Program-made: the position numbers and the translations under genes
The notes under the pieces: model-generated
Told to the model about the DNA's origin: nothing
What the model saw: only the letters and a program-made list of their open reading frames with translations
Databases searched by the model: none
Origin: an uncultured bacterium
GTDB taxonomy: Bacteria; Desulfobacterota_D; UBA1144; Nemesobacterales; UBA2774
Reading direction: 5' to 3'
Length of the DNA stretch: 64,000 nucleotides
Assembly (NCBI GenBank): GCA_963825135.1
Contig: CAWGRW010000010.1
Coordinates: 96,001 to 160,000, forward strand
Part shown: positions 42,295-53,243 of the stretch, piece after piece
Layout of the letters: each line of letters opens with the position of its first letter
Position numbering within the stretch: the stretch's first letter is position 1

Positions 42295-42988
42295 CCTGCC
42301 CTCCGTTCTCGATTCCGATCACCTTTCCGTCCTCCATCCTGATTATTCTATCCGCATATTCCGAAATCCTGCTGTCGTGGGTGACGATCAAAATGCACCG
42401 GCTTTCATCGAGTATGTTTTGCTTTACGAATTCCACAATCTTCCGCCCCGTATCCCCGTCGAGGGAAGCCGTCGGCTCGTCCAGTATCAGGATATCCGGA
42501 CGGCTGACGATCGCCCTCGCGATCGCGACGCGCTGCTGCTCTCCGCCGCTCAGCTTGAACGGGGGCAGGGTCGCCCTGTCCTTGAGTCCGACTATTTCCA
42601 GGTACTGCATGGATAATTTCATCGATTCGTCCCAGTCGTACTTTTTCAGGATCAGCGGAATAGCGACATTCTCCACGGTGGTCAGACGCGGAAAGAGGTG
42701 ATAGTCCTGAAACACGAACCCCACCGTGTTCAATCTGAAATCCGCGATCTCGTCGCTCGTCAGGTTCCAGATTTCCCTGTCCTTTACGCTCACCGCGCCG
42801 GAGTTTGGCCGGAGGATGCCAGAGATCATGCTCAACAGCGTCGTTTTTCCGCTCCCGGAAGGCCCTTCGATGTAGAGCATCTCCCCGAAGTTCGCCTCGA
42901 AGCTCACGCCCCTCACGGCGTAAGTTTTCGTCTCCCCTTCCCCGAACCATTTGACCAGTTCCCTGGCCTCGATTGCGTGATTCGCCAT
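42284..42988 (-). CDS. ABC transporter ATP-binding protein
   Basis: GPSGSGKTT, LSGGEQQR, ILDEPT, H-loop VTHD. Confidence 0.95.
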   Translation of the reverse strand: MANHAIEARELVKWFGEGETKTYAVRGVSFEANFGEMLYIEGPSGSGKTTLLSMISGILRPNSGAVSVKDREIWNLTSDEIADFRLNTVGFVFQDYHLFPRLTTVENVAIPLILKKYDWDESMKLSMQYLEIVGLKDRATLPPFKLSGGEQQRVAIARAIVSRPDILILDEPTASLDGDTGRKIVEFVKQNILDESRCILIVTHDSRISEYADRIIRMEDGKVIGIENGGQGED

Positions 42989-42989
42989 G

Positions 42990-44198
42990 TCAGCCTCTGA
43001 AAATGTCGAACGGTTCTATTTTTATTACCTTCCTGACGCCTATGTAACTCGAAAAGCCCGCTATTATGAGCATCATGACAAACGCGCGTCCGAGGTTCGA
43101 GTAGGTGATGATCGATGCGTACGACGGCAGCCTGAGCTTGGCTATCGTAATCAGCAGGGTGCTCGAGCCTATGCCGAGTCCGTAGCCCGCAAGGCTCGTG
43201 AGCGCCGCCTGGAACAGGATCATGTAAATGAGCTCCGACCCCTTTGCGCCTATCGCTTTAAGGGCTCCGAACTTTTCGAGGTTCTCCAGCACGAACGTAT
43301 AAAAGGTTTGCCCGGATATGGACAGGCCGACTATGAAGCTTATTACGGTCATTATCAGTATATTCGTGCCGATTCCGGTTTTGTATTTATAATAAGTCGC
43401 TATCCTTTCTATCAGCTCGTCCTTCGTCTCCGCGCGGTATCCGAGCCTGCCTACCTCTTCCTTGATATGTTTCACCGCGGCCCGGTCCTTCGGCTCGACG
43501 AGTATGTACGAAGTCGTGTATCTCGAGTTAGGCAGATACTGGACGGCCCTCTTGTAAGTCGTATACAGCGTCGGGCTCCCGAATAGTCCGCCGGTAGTGG
43601 CTTTCGCAAGGCCCACGACGACGCCCCTGTGGTCGTTCACCTCGAATACGGTGCCGAGCTCCGGGCTTTCCAGCTTGGCGTATTCCCCGTCCTTGACGAC
43701 GATAAACGCGTTCTCGGCATAGATATCGTCGATGTTGCCCTCTAACAGCTCGGGCCTGCCGAAGAGACTCGAATCGTCGAGACCCAGGATCGTAACGGAC
43801 TGATAGTTGCCGTCCCGGAGCTTCACCAAAGCGCCTCCCGTATATAGCGGTACGGCGTATTTCACCCCGTTTATGCTCCTCACGGCGTCAAGCACGTAAT
43901 CGGGCATCGGGATGCTGTTTAACGGGTTATTTACGGAGGGGTCCATTACCCATATGTCGGCCCCGATGTTGATCATAGTCGAAGACGACCTGTGCAGGAC
44001 GCCCGCGAAGAGCGACGTCATCATATTCATCAAAAAGACGGCGAACGTCATGCCGAGTATAAGCGCGGCGAATTTCCCTTTGTCGTTAACCAGAAGCTTG
44101 AATGCGATTCTCAGGATACCCACGTTCTCAAAAGGGTTAGGTATCCGGAGCCTGCTGCGGAGGGAGCTTATCTTCTTCGAGATACTATATTTATCCAT
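42990..44198 (-). CDS. ABC transporter permease (FtsX/MacB/DevC-like)
   Basis: N-terminal TM, periplasmic domain, FGALKAIGA, three C-terminal TM helices. Confidence 0.9.
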   Translation of the reverse strand: MDKYSISKKISSLRSRLRIPNPFENVGILRIAFKLLVNDKGKFAALILGMTFAVFLMNMMTSLFAGVLHRSSSTMINIGADIWVMDPSVNNPLNSIPMPDYVLDAVRSINGVKYAVPLYTGGALVKLRDGNYQSVTILGLDDSSLFGRPELLEGNIDDIYAENAFIVVKDGEYAKLESPELGTVFEVNDHRGVVVGLAKATTGGLFGSPTLYTTYKRAVQYLPNSRYTTSYILVEPKDRAAVKHIKEEVGRLGYRAETKDELIERIATYYKYKTGIGTNILIMTVISFIVGLSISGQTFYTFVLENLEKFGALKAIGAKGSELIYMILFQAALTSLAGYGLGIGSSTLLITIAKLRLPSYASIITYSNLGRAFVMMLIIAGFSSYIGVRKVIKIEPFDIFRG

Positions 44199-44333
44199 GG
44201 CCCTGTATCAATGATACGAATGCGCCAGTCCGTTTCCTTCGCCGTTTCTGTACCCGATATCGCTAAAGTCTACCCTATAACACCCCGGCGATAAGGATAT
44301 TTTGATGCCCGGCACTCTCACCTCAGTCAAGCA

Positions 44334-45250
44334 CGGCGGCGGGTGAGCACCCGCGGGCATATGCTCTCAATCATCTCCTTTCCTGTCATTTCGAGCTGAA
44401 GGCGAGAAATCTATCTTTTGCCTTTTCTTCCCCGACATTACAGAATTTGCGGCACACAATGTGTGCTCATATACGATCCTTCCGAAACTCCTACGCTCAA
44501 ACCAGCAACGTAGCCAAACCCCTTCACCCTGAGCGCACACGAAGTGTGCTGTCGAAGGGTCTTCCTTAATTCCTTCCCCCTGGAGGGGGGACGGCTTCGA
44601 GCATGGGGGTTTCGACCTTACAGCGAGAAACCGGTCGCCCCGGAGAACCTTTGAGCTTGCCCTCAATGAGCATCTACTGAATCAAAGTTGTCGGCGGGTG
44701 AACCTTTACCCGCTTAGGTCATGTGATCCATGCTCTCCGATTTGTCGAGCTGTGGTGAGGATGGGGGTGTCACCTTAACTCAAATCAATCCAGAAAGTCT
44801 TCTTCTTCCCGACATTACAGAATTTGCGTTAAGAAAATCGATTGTACGAGCGTTAAGAATCTTACGCGGGGTGGGGTGGAATCGGAAGATTTAGCGAGTA
44901 CATGAGATTTTTAGCAAATTATGTAGTCGGATGATTTTTGCTTCTTTTCATCAAGGAAAAGAAGGATAAAAAAATAGCCTTTCACCTTTCTTGTCTTTTC
45001 CTTGTCTTTTCGAAAGACCACACTACGTGTGTGGTTTTTTGTATCAAAATAATATTCTCCGATGGATGACGGAGATGCGGGAGTTTATCACCCCCACCTA
45101 TATCCTCCCCCCTCAAGGGGGAGGAAAATAATACGGATCGCGGCCGGAAGCCGCTCCTACAACTATGAGTGTCATTGCGAGGCTTCGCAGAAGCCGCGGC
45201 AATCTCGTCTTTTTCCTTCCCGGCATTACGGAATTTGCGGCGGGCACGCG
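44334..45250 (+). repeat. Composite intergenic repeat block (divergent gene pair)
   Basis: One core, one long insert, free joints. Confidence 0.9.
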
Positions 45251-45287
45251 CTCCCTGCATACTATATTACCGCAGGAGGTAAGTCCC

Positions 45288-46130
45288 ATGAAATTCGGAA
45301 TTTCCATGTTCCCCACGGATTACGCCATTCACCCGGCGGATCTCGCCCGCGAGGTCGAGAGCCGGGGCTTCGATTCGCTCTGGATGCCGGAGCACACGCA
45401 CATCCCTGTCAGCAGGCTGACCCCCGCGCCCGGAGGCGGCGACCTGCCGAAACACTACTGGCACACGTACGACCTGTTCGTCGCCCTCACTGCGGCGGCC
45501 TCGGCCACGACGCGCCTCCTCATCGCGAGCGGCATCTGCCTCATCATCGAGCGCGACCCCATCATTACGGCTAAGGAAATCGCGAGCCTCGACAGGCTCT
45601 CGGGCGGCCGGTTCATATTCGGCATAGGCGGGGGCTGGAACGCGGAGGAGATGGCGAACCACGGGACGGAATTCAAGAAGCGGTGGCGCATCATGCGCGA
45701 GCGCGTCCTCGCCATGAAAGAGATATGGACGAAGGACGAGGCCGAGTACCACGGGGAATTCGTCAACTTCGATAAAATATGGTCCTATCCGAAACCGCTT
45801 CAGAAACCGCATCCCCCGATACTGATAGGAGGCTCGGGCCCGACGACGTTCGACCGGGTCGTCGAGTACTGCGACGGATGGCTTCCCGCCGGAGTCGATC
45901 CCGAATCCATGCCCGGGAGAATGCAGGAGCTCCGCAGGAAAGCCGAAGAAGCGGGCCGCGCCCCCGGAGATATATCCGTCACCTTCGTGATATACAGCGA
46001 CCCCGACCGGGAAGCCGTGGACGCGCTTGAAAATGCCGGCGTCGAGAGAGCCGTATTCGCCGTAACGCCCGGAGAAAAGGACGCAGTACTCCCCGTTCTG
46101 GACAAATACGTCAAACTCGCGCGCACGTAG
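45288..46130 (+). CDS. LLM-class (putative F420-dependent) oxidoreductase
   Basis: GFDSLWMPEHTHIP, LDRLSGGRF, PKPLQKPHPPILIGG; GGAGG RBS before ATG 45288. Confidence 0.9.
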   Translation: MKFGISMFPTDYAIHPADLAREVESRGFDSLWMPEHTHIPVSRLTPAPGGGDLPKHYWHTYDLFVALTAAASATTRLLIASGICLIIERDPIITAKEIASLDRLSGGRFIFGIGGGWNAEEMANHGTEFKKRWRIMRERVLAMKEIWTKDEAEYHGEFVNFDKIWSYPKPLQKPHPPILIGGSGPTTFDRVVEYCDGWLPAGVDPESMPGRMQELRRKAEEAGRAPGDISVTFVIYSDPDREAVDALENAGVERAVFAVTPGEKDAVLPVLDKYVKLART

Positions 46131-46134
46131 TCAG

Positions 46135-46632
46135 CCGTCGAAGGGCATATCCCAATCCTGTCATTTCGAGCAGCGCGAGAAATCTATCTTTTGCCTTTTC
46201 TTCCTCGACATTACAGAATTTGCGGCACATAATGTGTGCGCGCATACGATTCTTCCGAAGCTCCTCCGCTCAACCTGGCGTGTCATTGCGAGGCTTCGCA
46301 GAAGCCGCGGCAATCTAGTTTTTCTTCCTCTCCCGACATTACAGAATTTGCGTATAAGAAAATCGATTGTACGAGCGTTAAGAATCTTACGTGGGGTGGG
46401 GTTGAATTGGAAGATTTAGCGAGTACATGAGATTTTTAGCACAATTCTGTAGTCGGATGATTTTTGCTTCTTTTCATCGAGGAAAAGAAGGATAAAAAAA
46501 ATAGCCTTTCACCTTTCTAGTCTTTTCATGATCTTTTCATAGACCACTTTAGGTGCACGGTGTTTTCAGAACCCACACTATGTGCGTTCATTCTTGGGCG
46601 CAGTACCTGCATACGCCTACGATCCTTCCCGA
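46135..46632 (+). repeat. Composite intergenic repeat block
   Basis: One core. Confidence 0.9.
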
Positions 46633-46713
46633 CCCCCTCTGCCATTGCCTGCCGAGTTCCCGTCTCAGAAAATTTCGCTTTCTTCCGCGCGCTTACTGGT
46701 TACACTAATAGGT

Positions 46714-47184
46714 ATGAACGGAGCCGTCAATTTAGCGTACGCGGCGCTCGCACTCTTCGTGGCGGCGATCAGCTTCCCGGGGCTCGCCACGGCCAGGGAC
46801 ATCAGGGAGCAGGTGATGAAAGAGACCGTCCTCGACGAGGAGATCAGGGCCTTCTGCGCGCTCAGGTGCGTCGGGAACGAGAGGAAGGGGACGCTCAAGA
46901 GCCTCACCATCGACCCCGTCGGGAAAGGCCTCTACTCCGTGTTCGGGATAGCCGCGTTCAGGAACCGCGAGGTTATGGATAACCCGCTCGACTACGTCGT
47001 CTTCGACCACACCGTTTATATAAGCTCGCGCGGGACTCTCAACTCCGAGACCTGCGTGCTCAAGGTTACGGACGCGAAGGTGGATAACGACTACCACGGC
47101 ATTTTCACGGAGATGCTCCGCTCGGAGTCCGACGTCGTGGGCAAGACCTTCAAAGTCCCCGACTGCAAACGCTTCATCGAATAG
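46714..47184 (+). CDS. Hypothetical exported protein
   Basis: Signal peptide and four Cys; coding-like codon usage. Confidence 0.7.
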   Translation: MNGAVNLAYAALALFVAAISFPGLATARDIREQVMKETVLDEEIRAFCALRCVGNERKGTLKSLTIDPVGKGLYSVFGIAAFRNREVMDNPLDYVVFDHTVYISSRGTLNSETCVLKVTDAKVDNDYHGIFTEMLRSESDVVGKTFKVPDCKRFIE

Positions 47185-47838
47185 CACGCAGCACACAATG
47201 TGTGCGCATATACGATTCTTCCGAAACTCTCACGCTCAAACCAGCAACGAAGCCAAACCCGTTCGTGCTGAGCGCGAAGGTGGTCGAAGTCTCTTCCCAA
47301 TCCCCCTCAAAAAAGGGGGATTAAGGGGGATTAGTTTTCTCGTTCCCGACATTACAGAATTTGCGGCGGGTGAGCACCCGCAGGCATACGATCTCAAGCA
47401 TCTCCTTTCCTGTCATTTCGAACGCATGTGAGAAATCTGTCTTTCTTCTTTTTCTTCCCCGACATTACAGAATTTGCGTATAAGAAAATCGATTGTACGA
47501 GCGTTAAGAATCTTACGCGGGAGAATGCAAGCGAGGGATTGGAGCCTCTTATCCGCACGAGTTAGAGCCACGGACATCGCTATTATTGCCCGTGGGGTAT
47601 TGGAAGATTTAGCGAGTACATGAGATTTTTAGCACAATTCTGTAGTCGGATGATTTTTGCTTCTTTTCATCAGAGGAAAAGAAGAAATAAAATTCAGCCT
47701 TTGCTTATCCTTCTATTTGTCTTTTCGAAAGATCACACTACGTGGTGTCCGCTCGAGCGCTACCAGGGTGTCATTGCTAGCTGCGAAGCAGCGCGGCAAT
47801 CTCGTCTTTTCCTTCCCAAACATTTACGGAATTTTCGT
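47185..47838 (+). repeat. Composite intergenic repeat block
   Basis: Core with degenerate insert; right edge overlaps the aquaporin stop codon. Confidence 0.88.
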
Positions 47839-48495
47839 CGGGCGCCGCCCATAGACGAACCCGAACGCAGGCACGGCGAGAGCCGCCCCTATGAGCGGCG
47901 CGGCCAGGTATATCCACAGCCCCGCGAGATGAAACGACACGAGCGCGGGCGCGAGCGACCTCGCCGGGTTCATCGAAGCCCCCGACACCGGCCCCCCGAA
48001 CATCGCTTCGAGCCCCACGACGGCCCCTATCGCGATCCCCGCCATTATTCCCTTCTCCTTGCTCCCCGCGGACACGCTCAGTATCACGAACATGAGGAAG
48101 AACGTGAGCAGTATTTCGAGCGCGAACGACTGCATCCGGGGCCCCGAGGGCAGCGTCGCCCCCAGGTCCGTGCCCCCTCCGAAAAGGAGCGCGAGAGCGA
48201 GGCTCGCGGCGATAGCCCCCGCGCACTGGCTCACGACGTACGGGACCACCCTCCCTCCGGGGAACCGGCCCGCCATCCAGAACCCGAGCGTGACCGCGGG
48301 GTTGATGTGCGCCCCCGACACGTCGCCGATTGCGTATATGACGGACATCACCGTGAGCCCCCACACTGCCGCTACCCCCGCGTGCGTGATGACGCCTGCG
48401 TAGAGGCTGTTCACCACCATCGCGCCCGTGGCGGCGAAGACGAGAAAGAACGTCCCCAGCCCTTCCGCGAAATAGATACGCATAGACTCCTTCAT
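47824..48495 (-). CDS. Aquaporin/MIP channel in ars operon (probable arsenite channel)
   Basis: SGAHINPAVT and SMNPARS NPA motifs; downstream of arsRC. Confidence 0.92.
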   Translation of the reverse strand: MKESMRIYFAEGLGTFFLVFAATGAMVVNSLYAGVITHAGVAAVWGLTVMSVIYAIGDVSGAHINPAVTLGFWMAGRFPGGRVVPYVVSQCAGAIAASLALALLFGGGTDLGATLPSGPRMQSFALEILLTFFLMFVILSVSAGSKEKGIMAGIAIGAVVGLEAMFGGPVSGASMNPARSLAPALVSFHLAGLWIYLAAPLIGAALAVPAFGFVYGRRPTKIP

Positions 48496-48598
48496 CCCGG
48501 ACCGGACCTCCGTTCGTTCGGCATTGTGATTGTAATGTGAGACGCCGCCTGATTATCCGCGCGGCGCCCGGTGATTTTTAATTGTGCCGGAACCCGGC

Positions 48599-49061
48599 TC
48601 AGACGGCTTTAATTCTACCCTTCTCATCCGCTTTTTCGGCGTCCGCGACCCACCCGGAGATCTTTTCCTTTATCCTGTCCCTCAATTCCCTCACCCTCTC
48701 CATAATCTCCTCGTCGGTCCCGGTGAATTTCGAAGGGTCGGGAAAGCTCCAGTGCAGCGTCTCCCTGCGTCTCGGGGAATATCGGGCACGACTCGGCCGA
48801 CGTCTCGTCGCACACCGTTATGACGTACGTGTAATAACGCCCCTGCTTGAGCAGGTCGAACGCGGACACGGTCTTTTTCCCCGTAATGTCTATGCCCTCT
48901 TCCCTAAGAGCGGCAACGGCGTGGGGGTTGAGGGTCCCCGGCTCGAGCCCCGCGCTCTCGACTTCGAACCTGTCCCCCGCTATTTTTCTGAGCAGCTCCT
49001 CGGCCATCTGGCTCCGGGCTGAATTATGCACGCACACGAAAAGCACCCTGTGTTTCGTCAT
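48599..49061 (-). pseudogene. arsC: Arsenate reductase ArsC (LMW-PTP fold) with a frameshift near 48765 (pseudogene or sequencing error)
   Basis: [18 protein letters not shown] in one frame; LHWSFPDP...RDRI continues in another frame to TGA at 48599. Confidence 0.85.
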
Positions 49062-49420
49062 GACTTGCTCTCCTTCCTGCAGAACGAGATAAAAGACTTC
49101 GCCTCTATAAGCGAGCTGCGCGTGCAGCACTCCGAGAAGAGAAAAGTAAGGATATCCTCGAGCGCGTGCGCCTCGGCCCTGTAACGGAGGAACTGGCTCT
49201 CCCTCTTCACGCCGGCAAGCCCCGCCGTCCTGAGCTTTTCCAGGTGATGAGAGAGCGTCGAGCCCGGAACGCCGAGCTCCGACTGTATGTCCCCCACCAC
49301 CATGCCTTCGGGATGAGAGGCCAGCAGGAGCCTCATTATCATGAGCCTGTGCTCGTTCCCCATCGCCGAGATCATATCGGCCAGGCGGGCCACGCTCTTT
49401 TTCTGCGGTTTTAGTTTCAT
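49058..49420 (-). CDS. arsR: ArsR/SmtB-family transcriptional repressor
   Basis: STLSHHL HTH, C-terminal ECC, 4-bp overlap with arsC. Confidence 0.9.
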   Translation of the reverse strand: MKLKPQKKSVARLADMISAMGNEHRLMIMRLLLASHPEGMVVGDIQSELGVPGSTLSHHLEKLRTAGLAGVKRESQFLRYRAEAHALEDILTFLFSECCTRSSLIEAKSFISFCRKESKS

Positions 49421-49621
49421 ATTTCTATTATAGTAGAAATGTAGTAATATGCAAGGGGATACGGAGCGGCGCGCAATGTGCGCCCGTACGCGATCTTTCC
49501 GAATCTCTTCAGCTAAAGCCGGCGACGAAGCCCGTCCGTTCGTCCTGAGCTTGTCGAAGGGTCGAGGATTGAACGGGTGATACCTCAGTACGTCGGCGGC
49601 GGCCCGCCGCGCCGGAGGGAG

Positions 49622-49864
49622 CTAAGCAGTCCCCTCGTCCTCATCCGTCTCCAGTAAGCGGCGCTTCGGGCTCTGGTCCCTCCAGTTGGCTCCGCAGGAT
49701 TTGCAGCCCAGGTCGGGGTCGCTGCCGAACACGACGCACCCGCCGAGCATGACCTCGCCCATAATGGCCCTGGCTTCGAGATCGGGGCCCGGGAGGCCGT
49801 ATATTATCGGAACGACGTCGTGCGAGCCGCATTCAGGGCACGCGGTTTTTTCGAATTTACTCAT
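49622..49864 (-). CDS. Small zinc-ribbon hypothetical protein
   Basis: CPECGS...IIYGLP...LGGC...CKSCG. Confidence 0.7.
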   Translation of the reverse strand: MSKFEKTACPECGSHDVVPIIYGLPGPDLEARAIMGEVMLGGCVVFGSDPDLGCKSCGANWRDQSPKRRLLETDEDEGTA

Positions 49865-49897
49865 ACGTAGATATTAAACTATAGCCCCCCTGACCGC

Positions 49898-50405
49898 AAA
49901 AAAAATCCCCTTTCCTCCGCTGTGGAAGAAAGGGGGATTCAAATTCTCTGTCATTGCGCGCTGCGAAGGAGCGCGGCAGTCTCGTCTTTCCTTCCCGACA
50001 TTACAGAATTCGCGGCCGGTGAGCACCCGCACATTAATTTACCTCCCCCCTTTTCAAAGTGGGGGAGGGTTCGGGTGGGGGGTTTACATTACAATCCAAT
50101 CAACCAAGAAAGTCTTCTCTTCCCCGACATTACAGAATTTGCGTCAAGAAAATCGATTGTACGAGCGTTAAGAATCTTACGTGGGCTGGGGTGGGATCGG
50201 AAGATTTAGCGAGTACATGAGATTTTTAGCAAATTATGTAGTCGGATGATTTTTGCTTCTTTTCATCAAGGAAAAGAAGGATAAAAATAAAGCCTTTCAC
50301 CTTTCTTTGCCTTTCTCCCCGACCACAAAAAAAGCCCCTTCCCTCCATTGCGGAAGAAAGGAGCTCCAATTTTCATGTCATTCCGGACTCGATCCGGAAT
50401 CTCAT
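49898..50405 (+). repeat. Composite intergenic repeat block flanked by terminator-like copies
   Basis: One core; GCCCCTT.CC...GGAAGAAAGG hairpin on both sides. Confidence 0.88.
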
Positions 50406-50424
50406 CTTTTATAATGTAAAACTT

Positions 50425-50937
50425 CTATACCGCCTGCGCCCTCTTGCGCTTGAAAGCGAAGAACACGCCGACGATCATCAGCCCCGCTGCCGCGGCGATC
50501 ATCCCCCACTCGCTGAGGGTCGGAATATTCGAAACAGTATCCCCAGGCACGTTGATAAACAAGCATCCGCCCCCCCCATTTTGCTCATCGCACTCTATTC
50601 TCACCCCGTCACTGAGTCTCGTGACGGTCACTCCATCGGTTTTACACTGGACGTCATCCAGCACCCAGCCCTTGATCGGCAGCTCCCTTATCTCAATAAA
50701 GCCCGTAAACGGTCCGCCGGTGCCCTCGCCGTCAATTAATGTGAAATCCCCGTCCCCCTCCGAATCGTGGGTAGTGAAGCGGAATACCAGGTCGCCCGCC
50801 CCTTCCGCCTGCTTGGCTATGCCGATGCCGCACTCCTGCGCCCGCGCGCTGTCGCCGTATCCGGCGAGCATCGTAATGCCGGTCAAGACTAAAACGAGCA
50901 GGGAAATCTTACATACCGTGTCGAATGCTCTATTCAT
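50425..50937 (-). CDS. IPTL-CTERM surface protein
   Basis: Signal peptide, 4 Cys, IPTLSEWG-TM-KRKR; GGAGG RBS. Confidence 0.88.
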   Translation of the reverse strand: MNRAFDTVCKISLLVLVLTGITMLAGYGDSARAQECGIGIAKQAEGAGDLVFRFTTHDSEGDGDFTLIDGEGTGGPFTGFIEIRELPIKGWVLDDVQCKTDGVTVTRLSDGVRIECDEQNGGGGCLFINVPGDTVSNIPTLSEWGMIAAAAGLMIVGVFFAFKRKRAQAV

Positions 50938-51018
50938 ACGTCCTCCGTAACGTTTATTTTTCATTGTCGTTCACAACGCCGATCGGGAATCTTGTCTTTT
51001 ATATCCCATATATCCTCT

Positions 51019-51543
51019 CTATACCGCCTGCGCCCTCTTGCGCCTGAAAGCGAAGAACACGCCGATCAGCACGAGCCCCGCCGCCGCCGCTATCATCCCC
51101 CACTGGGACAGCGTGGGTATGTTGCTCACAATCTCGCCCGGCACATTGAAGAAAGTACACGACCCGGATGCGTTGTTCGGGTCCGTGCAGTTCAATACAA
51201 CGCCGCCGTCTACAGTTTCAAAAGTTATGCCGGTGGTATCGCATTCGATATGATCCAGCTTCCATCCGGATATCGGATCCTCGAAAACCGACAGGTTCGA
51301 GGAATCATCGAAACCAAGAAGAATGCATGCACCCATAGCTTCGGTGGGTATAAGGTCGAATTCATCTATCACTCCGCCATGGTCCGTTGTGAACGGAAAG
51401 AGCAGATCTCCCGCCCCCTCAGCGCTTTTGCAAATCCCTATATCGCACTCCTGCGACCGCGCGCTCCCGCCAAACCCCGCAATACCGGCCGCCGTCAATA
51501 ATAACAGCGCGATCATCAACAGCGAATTCAGTACTATTTTCAT
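51019..51543 (-). CDS. IPTL-CTERM surface protein
   Basis: Signal peptide, IPTLSQWG-TM-RRKR. Confidence 0.88.
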   Translation of the reverse strand: MKIVLNSLLMIALLLLTAAGIAGFGGSARSQECDIGICKSAEGAGDLLFPFTTDHGGVIDEFDLIPTEAMGACILLGFDDSSNLSVFEDPISGWKLDHIECDTTGITFETVDGGVVLNCTDPNNASGSCTFFNVPGEIVSNIPTLSQWGMIAAAAGLVLIGVFFAFRRKRAQAV

Positions 51544-51668
51544 CAGAGCCTCCGTAACGTAATCCTTGTTTTTGTTCACAGTTTTTAGCTTAATTTATAT
51601 TCCCTTAAACGCTCTTCTCCTTCCGGATTCAGCGGCCTCTCGGCTGCGCGTAATTTACTCCTCCGCTA

Positions 51669-52197
51669 TCAGCTTATGGCGTCCGAAGGCTTACTTGCGC
51701 GCAGTCGTTTCACCGCGAAGAACACTCCGGCAAGCATCGAGTCCCGCCGCCGCCGAAATCATCCCCCATTCCGAAAGAGTCGGGATGTTCGAAACAGTGG
51801 CCCTGTTCACGAACGTGCATGTCACGGTAACACTCGCCTGCGTATGACATTGTCCGCTTACTCCGTCCGGTATATCGGCGATCGTGATACCCGGTTGGGG
51901 ATCGCACACGACATCCTGAAGAGCCCAGCCGGTGGTCGGCGATTCGGTGGCATCGAGGGTCGTATCAAAGTCGAAAGACTCAGTAAAACAGTCCCCTCCG
52001 TCAAAGAGCGCGACCGCAACAGGCTTCCCTTCGCCGTTGAAATTAATGGTGAATGGGGTATCCCCGGCGCCCGGAGCAGACTTGCAGATCTCCAGAGCGC
52101 AGTTCTGGGCATTCGCGCTTCCGCCAAACCCCGCAATACCTGCCGCCGTCAATAAGAACAGCGCGATCATCAACAGCGAATTCAGTACCTTTTTCAT
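51669..52197 (-). CDS. IPTL-CTERM surface protein with +1 frameshift near 51738 in the anchor
   Basis: IPTLSEWG; removing one base restores GLMLAGVFFAVKRLRASKPSDAIS, matching the tail of 52555-53088. Confidence 0.8.
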
Positions 52198-52322
52198 CCG
52201 AGCCTCCGTAACGAAATCCTTATGTCTGTTCATAGTTTTCAGCATGCTTTATATTCCCTTAAACGCTCTTCTCCTTCCGGCTTCAGCAGCCTCTCAGCTG
52301 CGCGTAATTTACTCCTCCGCTA

Positions 52323-52423
52323 TCAGCTTACGGCGTCCGACTGCTTACTTGCTCGCAGTCGTTTCACAGCGAAGAACACGCCGATCAGCACGAGCCCCGC
52401 CCCGGCCGCGATCATCCCCCACT
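52323..52423 (-). pseudogene. 3' remnant of an IPTL-CTERM gene (WGMIAAGAGLVLIGVFFAVKRLRASK...)
   Basis: Anchor-coding DNA only; cut next to a REP-like hairpin at 52437-52471. Confidence 0.75.
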
Positions 52424-52554
52424 TTAGTTTTTGAATTTCCCCCTTTACAAAGGGGGATTCAGGGGGATTTGAATTTCTTTCTTTTAAGAATTAAACGCCC
52501 TCTTCCTTCCGGCTTAAGCAGCCTCTCGGCTGCGCGCAATTTACTCCTCCGCTA

Positions 52555-53088
52555 TCAGCTTACGGCGTCCGAAGGCTTACTTGCTCGCAGTCGTTTCGCC
52601 GCGAAGAACACGCCGACGATCATCAGCCCCGCACCGGCCGCGATCATCCCCCACTCCGAGAGAGTCGGGATGCTTCGTGACCCGGAACCTCCGACATTCG
52701 TAAACGTACAAGACCCTGTGCTGCCCGGAACCAGGCAGACGACTTGAACGGCGTTCTCGGTATCGAAGTTGAAGCCGAGACCCTCACCCGTGCAGGATAT
52801 GTCGTCGAGGTTCCAGCCTTCCAGCGGCAGCTCGACGATTACGGCGCTTGAAGAGAAATTCACCGCCGATGTTGCGCCATCCATAAGAGAACCCGGAATC
52901 GACGGGCCGTTGTCCAAGGTAACTTCAAAGGGGAATTCCGTGTCCCCCCCGCCCTGCGCAACCTTCGTGAACTCTATACGGCACTCCTGGGCCCTTGCGC
53001 CTTCAGGAGTCATAAAAACCACGGAGCATGCCGAAATAATTAGAAATAATAGAACAATACGGATGGAAAAACTTGAAATTTCCCTGAT
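52555..53088 (-). CDS. IPTL-CTERM surface protein (signal peptide begins at an ATC codon)
   Basis: GGAGGA RBS then in-frame ATC AGG GAA... signal peptide; IPTLSEWG tail. Confidence 0.8.
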   Translation of the reverse strand: MREISSFSIRIVLLFLIISACSVVFMTPEGARAQECRIEFTKVAQGGGDTEFPFEVTLDNGPSIPGSLMDGATSAVNFSSSAVIVELPLEGWNLDDISCTGEGLGFNFDTENAVQVVCLVPGSTGSCTFTNVGGSGSRSIPTLSEWGMIAAGAGLMIVGVFFAAKRLRASKPSDAVS

Positions 53089-53243
53089 TTGAATCCTCCT
53101 TTAAATAACTTCTACTTCGATTTTACAATATTTTCAGGGGTTTTTCAATGATTTTTAACTAATTTTGTCAGCTGCTTACAGGATCTTAACCTTGCGCGTC
53201 GCCCGCGATAAAGCCGCATCCCTCCATTAACTCCGAACCGCAC

